From contig JBAZJK010000001.1 in NCBI GenBank assembly GCA_041651355.1, positions 817,489 to 881,488 on the forward strand: a stretch of DNA of 64,000 bases. The letters run 5' to 3'. This DNA is from Patescibacteria group bacterium. GTDB taxonomy: Bacteria > Patescibacteriota > Patescibacteriia > Patescibacteriales > UBA12465. Both the position numbers and the translations under genes were made by a program. Positions within the stretch are counted from its first letter, which is position 1, and each line of letters starts with the position of its first letter. The notes below the pieces were generated by a model that saw nothing but the letters and a program-made list of their open reading frames with translations, was not told where the DNA came from and searched no databases. Positions 26,127 through 34,676 of the stretch are shown here, piece by piece.

Positions 26127-27263
26127 TTAGTATTTTTCTTTTTTTAAGAAATACATTAAGCCTAGTCCCCATAGGGTGGCCAATAAAGATATGAGCCAGC
26201 CGATTATCGGCAATGAGAACAGAATCCAGCTAGCAGTGACGCCGATGACCAAAACCAATATCAAATTGTCTTTTTTATTAGGAATTAAGCGTTTACTTAG
26301 GTATAGGCCAAAGACAATGGCGACCACTATCTTGCTTAGATATAAAGCAATCAGCCAAAAAGCTAAAGTAATTAAAGCCAAAGGTAAGCCAATAAAGGTT
26401 AGAGCCAAGATTAGTGCAATGATTGGAGTTAGTAATAATATGACTATTCCGGGCCACAAAGTTTTTTTCATTTTTTCCGGGAGATCCTTATCTAAATCTT
26501 TGATTTTATTTCTGAATAAATTGATAATTATTAAACCAACGACTAAAGCGGCGAATAAAGAGTAGAGGCGACGCCATAGCCAAGAAGAAAACTGGTCGCC
26601 CGACTTCTCCTTGATTTGATTTTTAGTAATTTGGCCACTAATAACCGAGGGATTCATTATGTTTGCCTCCTTATTGGCCGTATAATTTAAATCACCCTTG
26701 ATGATCGCGTCAGAATAAATATTAATCGGATTTATTTGACCATTGTTCGGTACCCTTAAATAAACATTTTTTCCGATTTTACTACTAATGTTCAATATAT
26801 TAGCTGAGGCATAGACATTAGATCCAACTCCGCCTTTAAGATCGGCGCTGGTAGCCGCTAAGACTAAATCGCCGCCGGCATTAGCGCCGTCATTAAACAC
26901 AACTTTGGAGCCCAGGACGTTGATGTTTTTTCCTGTATTGCCGTTAAGATTAATATCTCCGCCAAAAACTCTGATATCACCCAGAACTTCACCATTGATA
27001 TTAATAGTTTGGGCTATGGCGATAACGTCTCCCTGAATTTGGCCATTGATAGTCAGGGTTTGGCTAGCTGAGACTAAATCACCTTGAATCTGGCCGTCTA
27101 TAACGACGCTTTGGCCTACCAGATATGTACTGTCGCTTCTAATCTCTTCTTTTGGTATATAGATATTGGTCGGGTCATAGCTACTCGCCGCTCTGGCTAT
27201 TATGGGACTGGTAACCAGGATAAGCAAGGAAAAGATAAGAAATTTTAGCTTGTTTTTAGACAT
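26127..27263 (-). CDS. secreted bactofilin-like beta-helix repeat protein with C-terminal polytopic membrane domain
   Basis: Signal peptide. Repeated INGQIQGD(L/V) and INGEVLGDI units. Four C-terminal TM segments. Confidence 0.55.
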   Translation of the reverse strand: MSKNKLKFLIFSLLILVTSPIIARAASSYDPTNIYIPKEEIRSDSTYLVGQSVVIDGQIQGDLVSASQTLTINGQIQGDVIAIAQTININGEVLGDIRVFGGDINLNGNTGKNINVLGSKVVFNDGANAGGDLVLAATSADLKGGVGSNVYASANILNISSKIGKNVYLRVPNNGQINPINIYSDAIIKGDLNYTANKEANIMNPSVISGQITKNQIKEKSGDQFSSWLWRRLYSLFAALVVGLIIINLFRNKIKDLDKDLPEKMKKTLWPGIVILLLTPIIALILALTFIGLPLALITLAFWLIALYLSKIVVAIVFGLYLSKRLIPNKKDNLILVLVIGVTASWILFSLPIIGWLISLLATLWGLGLMYFLKKEKY

Positions 27264-27321
27264 ATAAGCCTTGTTAAAATATTGATTTTATTGTATTATA
27301 CCGTTATTATAACGCTAAAAT

Positions 27322-28935
27322 ATGACAAAAGTAAACCCGGAAAAATTAGCATTAACTGATATTCTTGGCCAGCGTATCGAATCTTTAGCAGATTTAGAAA
27401 AAGCCAAAAGATTATCGGCTAAAAAATATCATATTCCCACAGTCCTTAATTCTACGATTCTTAGAGAATATCGTCATCTTTTAAGCTTGGGGAGAAGACG
27501 AGACGAGCGATTAGAGCGTCTTTTAAGAAAAAGGACAATCAGAACCTTATCCGGTATCGCACCGGTAGCAGTTTTGACCAAAGTTTACCCTTGTCCAGGC
27601 CGCTGTGCCTATTGTCCCAATGAGAAGGACGTACCAGTTAGCTACTTGGCTAATGAGCCGGCGGTAATGAGAGCTATTCGCTGCCAATATGATCCATATA
27701 AACAAGTCACCATGCGTTTATATGCTTTAGAGAACAACGGTCATGAGCCGACAAAAATCGAGATTATTGTTATCGGTGGTACCTGGAGTTATTTGCCAGA
27801 GAGGTATAAATTTTGGTATATCCTTAATTGTTTCCGAGCCGCTAACGATTATCCAAATAACAAAAATAATCCTAAGCTAAAGTCTTTAAAGGCGCCTTTT
27901 GGACAAAATCTTGCTTTATCAGAATTAAAGAAGCGCTTATTAATTGAGCAGAAAAAAAATGAAAAGGCGGTTTATAAAATTATCGGCTTAACCCTAGAGA
28001 CCAGGCCTGATTATATTAACGACAAGGAGTTGAAAGAAATGCGTATCTTGGGGTGCACGCGAGTGGAAATGGGGGTGCAAGCTATTGATGATAGGATTTT
28101 ACGCCTCAATCAAAGAGGGCACGGGGTAGCCGAGATAATCGCGGCGACCAAATTACTAAAGAGCTACGGCTTTAAGATTACCTATCATATTATGCCCGCC
28201 CTGCCCGGGTCTACTCCCGCCAAAGACCTAAAGATGTTTAAGGAGTTGTTCAGCTCGGAAAGCTATCAGCCCGACCAGATTAAATTTTATCCGACCATAG
28301 TAACCGCTGGGACCCTGCTCTATAGATGGTACCGGCAGGGTAAATATAAACCTTATACCGATAAGCAATTACAGGGATTGATTGTCAGGTGCAAGGAATC
28401 TGTCCCGGAGTATGTGCGAATTATCCGCTTGATTCGGGACATCCCAGGGGAATCTATTATTGCCGGCAACCTGATTACTAATTTGCGACAAGTAATGAAA
28501 GATAAAGGAGTAAAATGTAATTGTATCAGATGTCGCGAGGCTAAAGATTCGAAATTTTCAAAAACCGATTTTTTTATAAAAGTAAATAGTTATAAAGCTT
28601 CTGGTGGTCAAGAATATTTCATTTCAGCGGTTTCGCGAGATGGTCGGATTCTCTATGGTTTTTGCCGTTTGAGATTAGATGCCAGCAGTCGAGTGGCCCC
28701 CGCCTTGATTAGGGAATTACATGTTTATGGAGAATTGGTTTCGGTTGGCGCCAAGAAGAAAACCCAGCACAGCGGTCTAGGCAAGGAATTAATGAAGAAC
28801 GCCGAAGCTATAGTTAAACAGAATAAGATTAAGAAGATGGCGGTTATTTCCGGAGTCGGAGTCAGGGATTATTATAGAAAACTGGGCTATAAGCTGAAAG
28901 ATAGTTACCTAGTGAAACAGATAAAGTCTTATTAA
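27322..28935 (+). CDS. elp3: Elp3-type radical SAM / GNAT acetyltransferase (tRNA U34 cm5-modification family)
   Basis: CPGRCAYCP radical-SAM cysteine motif; ELP3-style core (LTLETRPDYI, RVEMGVQ). C-terminal GNAT with the RELHVYG...QHSGLGKELM acetyl-CoA motif. Confidence 0.85.
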   Translation: MTKVNPEKLALTDILGQRIESLADLEKAKRLSAKKYHIPTVLNSTILREYRHLLSLGRRRDERLERLLRKRTIRTLSGIAPVAVLTKVYPCPGRCAYCPNEKDVPVSYLANEPAVMRAIRCQYDPYKQVTMRLYALENNGHEPTKIEIIVIGGTWSYLPERYKFWYILNCFRAANDYPNNKNNPKLKSLKAPFGQNLALSELKKRLLIEQKKNEKAVYKIIGLTLETRPDYINDKELKEMRILGCTRVEMGVQAIDDRILRLNQRGHGVAEIIAATKLLKSYGFKITYHIMPALPGSTPAKDLKMFKELFSSESYQPDQIKFYPTIVTAGTLLYRWYRQGKYKPYTDKQLQGLIVRCKESVPEYVRIIRLIRDIPGESIIAGNLITNLRQVMKDKGVKCNCIRCREAKDSKFSKTDFFIKVNSYKASGGQEYFISAVSRDGRILYGFCRLRLDASSRVAPALIRELHVYGELVSVGAKKKTQHSGLGKELMKNAEAIVKQNKIKKMAVISGVGVRDYYRKLGYKLKDSYLVKQIKSY

Positions 28936-28975
28936 ATAAAGCGAAGTTAATCTTAATATTTAAATAAAATCATTT

Positions 28976-29004
28976 TTGACGGCGGCGTCATTCCTGTTTA
29001 GAAT
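28976..29004 (+). promoter_or_regulatory. sigma70-like promoter (TTGACG-17-TAGAAT)
   Basis: Hexamers with exact 17-nt spacing, 41 nt upstream of the 71-codon ORF. Confidence 0.5.
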
Positions 29005-29044
29005 AAGAAAAAATAAACCATTCGCTCTTTTTAAAATTTAGGTC

Positions 29045-29260
29045 ATGGAAATTGTCGTCAAATTTACCCCAGAAAATTTTTCGGATTGGCAGAACCGCGG
29101 CTTTGCTAGAGTTCCTCTGGCGAGAGAAAATCTAATAGGTGTGGTCGAAGTCCGTTTAAAAGCAACCGAAATTAACAATATTGAACGCACGGAAACCGAC
29201 TTAATCTATCATAGTCGCTTCTTTAAGCGTCCCGGTCCGGACAAAGGAGATAGTCTGTAA
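29045..29260 (+). CDS. hypothetical 71-aa protein (or part of a structured leader of glyA-folD)
   Basis: The ORF has purine-rich first codon positions, suggesting real coding. It has its own promoter and terminator and no convincing SD. I recognise no homology. Confidence 0.4.
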   Translation: MEIVVKFTPENFSDWQNRGFARVPLARENLIGVVEVRLKATEINNIERTETDLIYHSRFFKRPGPDKGDSL

Positions 29261-29269
29261 GTTTTAGGT

Positions 29270-29296
29270 AGCGCTTCATAAAGAAGCGTTATTTTT
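29270..29296 (+). terminator. intrinsic terminator
   Basis: AGCGCTTC-ataaa-GAAGCGTT followed by ATTTTT, 74 nt upstream of the glyA ATG. Confidence 0.65.
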
Positions 29297-29369
29297 ATAG
29301 GCAAAATCAAGCTTATTTGTTGAAAAAAATAATTTTGACAAAAGCAGGCGTCTAAATTAAGATTAAGAT

Positions 29370-30611
29370 ATGAATTACAAGGATTTATCACAACAGGATC
29401 AGGATGTCTGGAAAATAATCGAGCGGGAAACCAGGCGCCAACAAGAAGAGATCGAACTAATCGCCTCAGAAAATTATGTTTCTAAGGCGGTTTTAGAGGC
29501 AATGGCTACGGTCCTAACTAATAAGTATAGCGAGGGCTATCCAGGTAAGCGCTACTATGGCGGCAATCAAGTAATCGATGAAATTGAGTCTTTAGCAGTT
29601 TCTCGTTGTCAGAAGCTATTTAAAGCTGAGCACGTTAACGTTCAGCCATTATCTGGCTCCCCGGCCAATGCCGCTGTCTATATGGCCTTTTTAGAGCCGG
29701 GGGACAAGGTTTTGGGCTTAAAGCTCGATCATGGTGGTCACTTGTCACATGGCCATAGTGTTAATTTTTCCGGCCGGTTGTATAATTTTGTCCAGTATGG
29801 CGTCAAGGCAGAAACGGGCATGATCGACATGGAAGAAGTCAGGGAAATTGCTCTAAAAGAAAAACCTAAGATGATCGTGGCCGGATTCAGCGCTTATTCT
29901 AGGGAGATTGATTGGCTCGGGTTTAAAAAGATCGCTGATGAAATCGGCGCCTATACTTTTGCCGATATCGCTCATATCGCCGGCTTGGTTGCAGCCGAAG
30001 TTTTAGATAACCCCGTGCCGATTTTCGATGTCGTTTCAAGTACAACCCATAAGACTTTACGTGGTCCAAGGGGGGCGATTATTATGTGCAAGGAACAATT
30101 TGCCAAACAGATTGATCGGGCGGTGTTTCCAGGTATGCAGGGTGGCCCGCATGACCATATTACCGCCGCTAAGGCGGTGGCCTTTGGCGAGGCCCTACAG
30201 CCAGAGTTTAGAGATTACGCTGAACAAGTGGTTAAAAATGCCCAAGCAATGGCGGCCGAATTTATAGCTAGAGGTTACAGGGTGGTTTCTGGGGGGACAG
30301 ATAATCACTTAATGGTACTTGATTTATCAAGTAGAGGTTTGGTCGGTAAATTAGCCGAACAGACGCTTGAAAAGATTGGCATTTCTGTTTCCCGCTCTAC
30401 TATTCCCAATGATCCTAATCCTCCGATGAATCCCTCTGGTTTGCGTCTAGGCACCCCAGCGGTGACTACCCGTGGCATGAAAGAGGCAGAAATGGCAGCG
30501 ATTGTTGATTTGATTGATCAAGCTCTAAATAATATCGATAATGAAATAAAGCTCAATGAGCTGAAAGATAGAGTCAGGGATTTATGTGCTAAATTCAAGT
30601 TAAACTATTAA
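29370..30611 (+). CDS. glyA: serine hydroxymethyltransferase
   Basis: ELIASENY, SGSPANAAVY, TTHKTLRGPRG (PLP lysine). Confidence 0.97.
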   Translation: MNYKDLSQQDQDVWKIIERETRRQQEEIELIASENYVSKAVLEAMATVLTNKYSEGYPGKRYYGGNQVIDEIESLAVSRCQKLFKAEHVNVQPLSGSPANAAVYMAFLEPGDKVLGLKLDHGGHLSHGHSVNFSGRLYNFVQYGVKAETGMIDMEEVREIALKEKPKMIVAGFSAYSREIDWLGFKKIADEIGAYTFADIAHIAGLVAAEVLDNPVPIFDVVSSTTHKTLRGPRGAIIMCKEQFAKQIDRAVFPGMQGGPHDHITAAKAVAFGEALQPEFRDYAEQVVKNAQAMAAEFIARGYRVVSGGTDNHLMVLDLSSRGLVGKLAEQTLEKIGISVSRSTIPNDPNPPMNPSGLRLGTPAVTTRGMKEAEMAAIVDLIDQALNNIDNEIKLNELKDRVRDLCAKFKLNY

Positions 30612-30620
30612 TGGATATTT

Positions 30621-31484
30621 ATGGAGATTATTGACGGTAAAAAGATTGCTGAAAGGATTAAAGATGAGATAGTGGCGGAGACTTGCCAAATAGCAAATTC
30701 GGCCTCGAATAGAAGGCCGAATTTAGCAATTATTTTGGTTGGCGAGCGGGAAGACTCCAAATTGTACGTTTCTTTAAAGGAAAAAGAAGGCGTTAAGATC
30801 GGGATTGATACAAATTTATATAAGTTAGATGAATCAACCAGTGAAGCGGAAATTTTAAATCTGATCGGCTTCCTTAATCGCGATGAGATGATCGATGGCA
30901 TTTTAGTTCAGTTGCCTTTGCCAGAAAAATTTGATACCGACAAGATCATTAAGACAATTAATCCTCTAAAAGATGCTGATGGCTTCCATCCCCAGCATCC
31001 CGCTTATTTGATTTCTCCAGTGCTGGGATCAATTCTGGAGATTTTAAAAGAAATAAAATTTTCTAGCCAGGGGAAGCGGGCTTGTGTATTGTATAATTCT
31101 GAAGTTTTTGGCTCGACATTAGCTGCCAGCCTGAAGTCTTTAGGCTTGGTAATCGATTTAGTCTCCTTTAAGGATCTAGACCTTTCAGATGATAAAAAGC
31201 AACAATCTAAACGTGGAGAGACAAAAAAAATCAGTGTTCAGGCCGATCTTCTAATCAGCGCTTTAGGTTTGCCTGGCTTCGTAACCAAAGAAATGGTTAA
31301 ATCGGGATCGGTAGTTATCGATATCGGAATTACCAAACTTGCCGGTAAAGTTAAGGGTGACGTCGACTTTACAGATGTTAAGGATGTAAGCGCTTATATT
31401 ACTCCTGTTCCTGGCGGCATCGGCCCGCTGACGATCGCTTTATTATTCCGTAATGTATTAGAGATATATAAACACAGGAAATAG
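30621..31484 (+). CDS. folD: bifunctional methylenetetrahydrofolate dehydrogenase/cyclohydrolase
   Basis: LAIILVGEREDSKLYVSLK, GILVQLPLP, TPVPGGIGPLTIA. Confidence 0.95.
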   Translation: MEIIDGKKIAERIKDEIVAETCQIANSASNRRPNLAIILVGEREDSKLYVSLKEKEGVKIGIDTNLYKLDESTSEAEILNLIGFLNRDEMIDGILVQLPLPEKFDTDKIIKTINPLKDADGFHPQHPAYLISPVLGSILEILKEIKFSSQGKRACVLYNSEVFGSTLAASLKSLGLVIDLVSFKDLDLSDDKKQQSKRGETKKISVQADLLISALGLPGFVTKEMVKSGSVVIDIGITKLAGKVKGDVDFTDVKDVSAYITPVPGGIGPLTIALLFRNVLEIYKHRK

Positions 31485-31539
31485 TACCGTTTATTAATTT
31501 TTTGCTAATCTTATAAGCCTGTTCAGGCTTATTTTAAAC

Positions 31540-33315
31540 ATGACAGCCATCGAGCTTAAAAAACAACAGTTGAGAGAGCTACTAAAGATTCATTTTGGTT
31601 ATGAATCTTTTCGTCCTGGACAAGAACAGGCGATTGATAATATCCTACACGGCCGCCATACGGTCGTGGTTTTGCCTACCGGCGGAGGAAAGTCCTTGAT
31701 ATATCAATTGCCCGCCCTGGTTTTAGATGGTATCACTTTAGTCGTTTCGCCCCTGATCGCTTTAATGAAGGATCAGGTTGACTCCCTCGAAAGGGTGGGT
31801 ATCCCGGCTACATATATAAATTCTTCTTTGAGTTTAGCCGAATCCGGCCAGCGTTTAGAAAAAATAAAAAAAGGCCTGTTTAAGTTGGTTTATGTGGCCC
31901 CAGAAAGATTCTATAACCAAGATTTCATTAACGACCTTAAGCAGCTTAAGGTTTCGTTGTTTGCTATCGATGAAGCTCATTGTATTAGCCAATGGGGGCA
32001 CGATTTTCGTCCCAGCTATCTTAAACTGAAGGAAGCGATTCGCTTCTTCGGCCAGCCAACCGTGGTAGCGCTGACGGCAACAGCAACGCCTGAAGTGAGA
32101 GACGACATCGTGAAACAGTTGAATTTAATGAACCCGGACTTAGTTATCAAAGGTTTTGCTCGTCCTAATTTACAGTTTGGCGTCATCCAAAGCAATGATA
32201 GCCAAAAGATAGATTTTATCGTCGATGTCATTAAGAATATGGAGCATGGCTCAGGTATAGTTTATGTTGGCACCAGGAATAAGGCGGATGAATTAGTGGA
32301 AATCCTTTTAGCTAATGACATCAAGGCCGTCGTCTATCACGCCGGCATGGATAGCGATAGTCGGGATTGGGTCCAGGACAGCTTCTTAAGGGGGCAAGCC
32401 CAGGTCGTAGTCGCTACTAACGCCTTTGGCTTAGGAATCAACAAGAAGGACATTCGATTTGTCATCCATCATGATTTGCCTGGCACAATCGAAGCCTATT
32501 ACCAAGAAGCCGGCCGAGCCGGTCGGGACAATCAGCCTAGTTTTTGCCTTTTATTCTATTCTCCTAAAGACAGGTATTTAAGAGAGTTCTTCATTAAAGG
32601 TGATAATCCTTCGCCCGAAATCATCAGTGAAATTTATGAGTTTTTAATTGGCGCTGAAAGCGATCATGATGGTTCCATTCTTATTACTTATAGCGATATC
32701 ATTAAAAATCTATCAGACAATGTGCCAGAGATGTCAGTAGGTACGGCCCTAAAAGTCTTAGAGAGGCATGGCTATATCACCCGTCCGAATGAAAAGACGG
32801 CCAATGCCTATATAAAAGTTCAAGGTCAGGAGACTGATCTGCGGGCAGCCGTCGGTCGGAGGGCTAAAGTTCAAGCTGAGATCATCGAGAAGCTTTTAGA
32901 AAGCCAGACCGATAAGCTTTTTAGCGGTTGGGAAATAAACCTTGAAGAGTTGGCCGCTATTTTGAAAGTTAAAAAAGAGTCTTTAGTTAGGACGCTTAAG
33001 AAGCTGCAAGAAAGGCAACTATTGGAATATCGTCCACCCTTCAAAGGCACGGAAATTAAAATCCTTAAAAGAGTTGACCCCTTTGACCTCGATTTAAACC
33101 ATAGGGCGCTCCGGGAGAAAGCCGCTCGGGCCTATGAGAAGCTAGATGAGATGGAATCTTACGTCTATAATCTAGGTTGCCGTCAGACCTATATCCTTAA
33201 TTATTTTGGCGATCATAGTTCTAGCGATTGCGGGCAGTGTGACCGTTGTCTTAAAACGGATAAGCTGAAATCTTCTGGGCAGGAGGATTTTCGAAATAAA
33301 GAGTATTTAAGCTAA
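31540..33315 (+). CDS. recQ: ATP-dependent DNA helicase RecQ
   Basis: LPTGGGKSLIYQLPA, DEAHCISQWGHDFRP, ATNAFGLGINKKDIRFVIH, C-terminal zinc/winged-helix region. Confidence 0.95.
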   Translation: MTAIELKKQQLRELLKIHFGYESFRPGQEQAIDNILHGRHTVVVLPTGGGKSLIYQLPALVLDGITLVVSPLIALMKDQVDSLERVGIPATYINSSLSLAESGQRLEKIKKGLFKLVYVAPERFYNQDFINDLKQLKVSLFAIDEAHCISQWGHDFRPSYLKLKEAIRFFGQPTVVALTATATPEVRDDIVKQLNLMNPDLVIKGFARPNLQFGVIQSNDSQKIDFIVDVIKNMEHGSGIVYVGTRNKADELVEILLANDIKAVVYHAGMDSDSRDWVQDSFLRGQAQVVVATNAFGLGINKKDIRFVIHHDLPGTIEAYYQEAGRAGRDNQPSFCLLFYSPKDRYLREFFIKGDNPSPEIISEIYEFLIGAESDHDGSILITYSDIIKNLSDNVPEMSVGTALKVLERHGYITRPNEKTANAYIKVQGQETDLRAAVGRRAKVQAEIIEKLLESQTDKLFSGWEINLEELAAILKVKKESLVRTLKKLQERQLLEYRPPFKGTEIKILKRVDPFDLDLNHRALREKAARAYEKLDEMESYVYNLGCRQTYILNYFGDHSSSDCGQCDRCLKTDKLKSSGQEDFRNKEYLS

Positions 33316-33316
33316 T

Positions 33317-34018
33317 ATGGATAGGCAGACAGAGCAAAACTTATTAAAGATAGTCAGGAACAACTACCAAACGGTCGCTGAAGAGTTTAATGTTACTCGT
33401 AAAAAAGAGGTCTGGCCGGAGATAAAAGAATTAGCCGCTGAGATTAAGGATGGAGACAAGGTGTTGGATGTTGGTTGCGGTAATGGTCGCTTACTCGAGG
33501 CTTTAACTGGTCGGAATATTGAATATTTAGGCATTGATCAAAGCCAGAATTTAATTGAGCTAGCTAAAACGAACCACCCCTTAGCCGATTTTCGTACCGG
33601 CGATTTATTGGACTTGGGGCAGATAGACAGTCATGGTTTCGATCACGTTTTTTGTTTAGCGGTTTTTCATCATTTGCCTTCAGATAAGTTGAGGATACAG
33701 GCCCTAAAACAACTGAAAAATAAAGTCGGTTTTGAGGGTCGGATAATTATCAGTGTTTGGAATTTATGGGGGCACAGAAAATACCGTTCATTAATTTGGA
33801 AATTCTTTTTTTTAAAACTTCTTAAAAAACATCGGATGAAATTTGGCGACGTCTTATTCTCTTGGAAGAATAGCCAGCAGCAAGTGGTTAGTCAAAGGTA
33901 TTATCATGCTTTTAGGACGCGCCAGCTAAAGGACTTGGCGAAAAGGGCTGATTTGAAAATCACCAAACTTTATCACGATAAATATAATTATTGGCTTATT
34001 TTAGAAAAGAAAAAATGA
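33317..34018 (+). CDS. class I SAM-dependent methyltransferase
   Basis: VLDVGCGNGRLLE motif I. Substrate not inferable. Confidence 0.8.
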   Translation: MDRQTEQNLLKIVRNNYQTVAEEFNVTRKKEVWPEIKELAAEIKDGDKVLDVGCGNGRLLEALTGRNIEYLGIDQSQNLIELAKTNHPLADFRTGDLLDLGQIDSHGFDHVFCLAVFHHLPSDKLRIQALKQLKNKVGFEGRIIISVWNLWGHRKYRSLIWKFFFLKLLKKHRMKFGDVLFSWKNSQQQVVSQRYYHAFRTRQLKDLAKRADLKITKLYHDKYNYWLILEKKK

Positions 34019-34038
34019 ATTTAAAAAATAGCTTTTTC

Positions 34039-34068
34039 TTGACACCCCCTAGGGGTGTGTGCTAATAT
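34039..34068 (+). promoter_or_regulatory. promoter (TTGACA-18-TAATAT) with embedded operator ACACCCC-cta-GGGGTGT
   Basis: Perfect 7-bp inverted repeat at 34042-34058, overlapping the -35 hexamer and spacer. The -10 ends about 9 nt before the ATG at 34077, which implies a near-leaderless mRNA. Confidence 0.6.
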
Positions 34069-34076
34069 GTAAGCCT

Positions 34077-34316
34077 ATGAAAACAACTGAACAAAGGATC
34101 AATAATATCATCGGCCAGCTGGAGGGCGTTAAGAAATCCCTAAGCCAGAAGAATAAGGATTGCTTCAAGCTGATTATCCAGCTGAAAGCGATAAAATCGG
34201 CAGCCTCAGCCTTGATCGATAAGGTTATTCAAGATGAATTCGTCGCTTGTTGGCCCCAATCTCAGGCTAAGAAGGATAAGATCCAAAAAATATTCACTGA
34301 AATAATTAAAAAATAA
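34077..34316 (+). CDS. CsoR/RcnR/CstR-family (DUF156) transcriptional repressor, Cys-x-Cys type without the copper His
   Basis: INNIIGQLEGVKKSL N-terminus. Cys29 and Cys58 are spaced 29 residues apart as in CsoR, but the His-equivalent position (residue 54) is Glu. ORF 34059 trimmed to the ATG at 34077. Confidence 0.75.
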   Translation: MKTTEQRINNIIGQLEGVKKSLSQKNKDCFKLIIQLKAIKSAASALIDKVIQDEFVACWPQSQAKKDKIQKIFTEIIKK

Positions 34317-34341
34317 AATATAAAAATTAAGTTTAAATTTT

Positions 34342-34674
34342 ATGTCAAACGCTTTAGAATTAAACGTCGGTAACTTTAAAGAAGAAGTTTTATCAAGCCC
34401 AGTGCCGGTTTTAGTAGATTTTTGGGCACCTTGGTGTATGCCTTGCCAGATGATGGCCCCAATCCTAGATGAATTGGTTGTAGATATGGGGGGGCGAGTC
34501 AAGATAGCTAAGGTTAATACCGAAGAGAGCGAGAACGCTTCTTTAGCCCAGGAATACCAGATCCAGAGTATTCCTAATATGAAGCTTTTTCGGGATGGGA
34601 AAATTATCGGTGAATTCATCGGTTTAAGAGACAAGAATACCCTAAAAGGAGAAATTGAAAATTTAATAAAATAG
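34342..34674 (+). CDS. trxA: thioredoxin (active site WCMPC)
   Basis: VLVDFWAPWCMPCQMMAP, cis-Pro region IPNMKLF; 110 aa. Confidence 0.9.
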   Translation: MSNALELNVGNFKEEVLSSPVPVLVDFWAPWCMPCQMMAPILDELVVDMGGRVKIAKVNTEESENASLAQEYQIQSIPNMKLFRDGKIIGEFIGLRDKNTLKGEIENLIK

Positions 34675-34676
34675 AT

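Noticed and set aside
29141-29205. RNase P RNA P4-like strings (GAAGTCCG ... ACGGAAACCGACTTA)
   Set aside because: The two strands are only about 45 nt apart, and the pairing register (AAGTCCG versus CCGACTT) is imperfect. A real RNase P RNA needs about 250-300 nt between the P4 strands.
29085-29260. Riboswitch-like strings upstream of glyA: GATTGGCAGAAC (like ZTP GACUGGCGAAC), GGCAGAACCGCGG (like T-box GGUGGUACCGCG), CTCTGGCGAGAG and CCGGACAAAGGAG (like glycine-riboswitch CUCUGGAGAG / CAGGCAAAAGGAC)
   Set aside because: For each family the partner elements are missing or in the wrong order. There is no CCGCCUGGGC 3' subdomain for ZTP. The T-box-like string is about 190 nt from the terminator rather than in an antiterminator. 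There is no CACCGAAGGGGCAA-type junction for glycine. The region also reads as a plausible ORF. It is kept only as an unclassified candidate.
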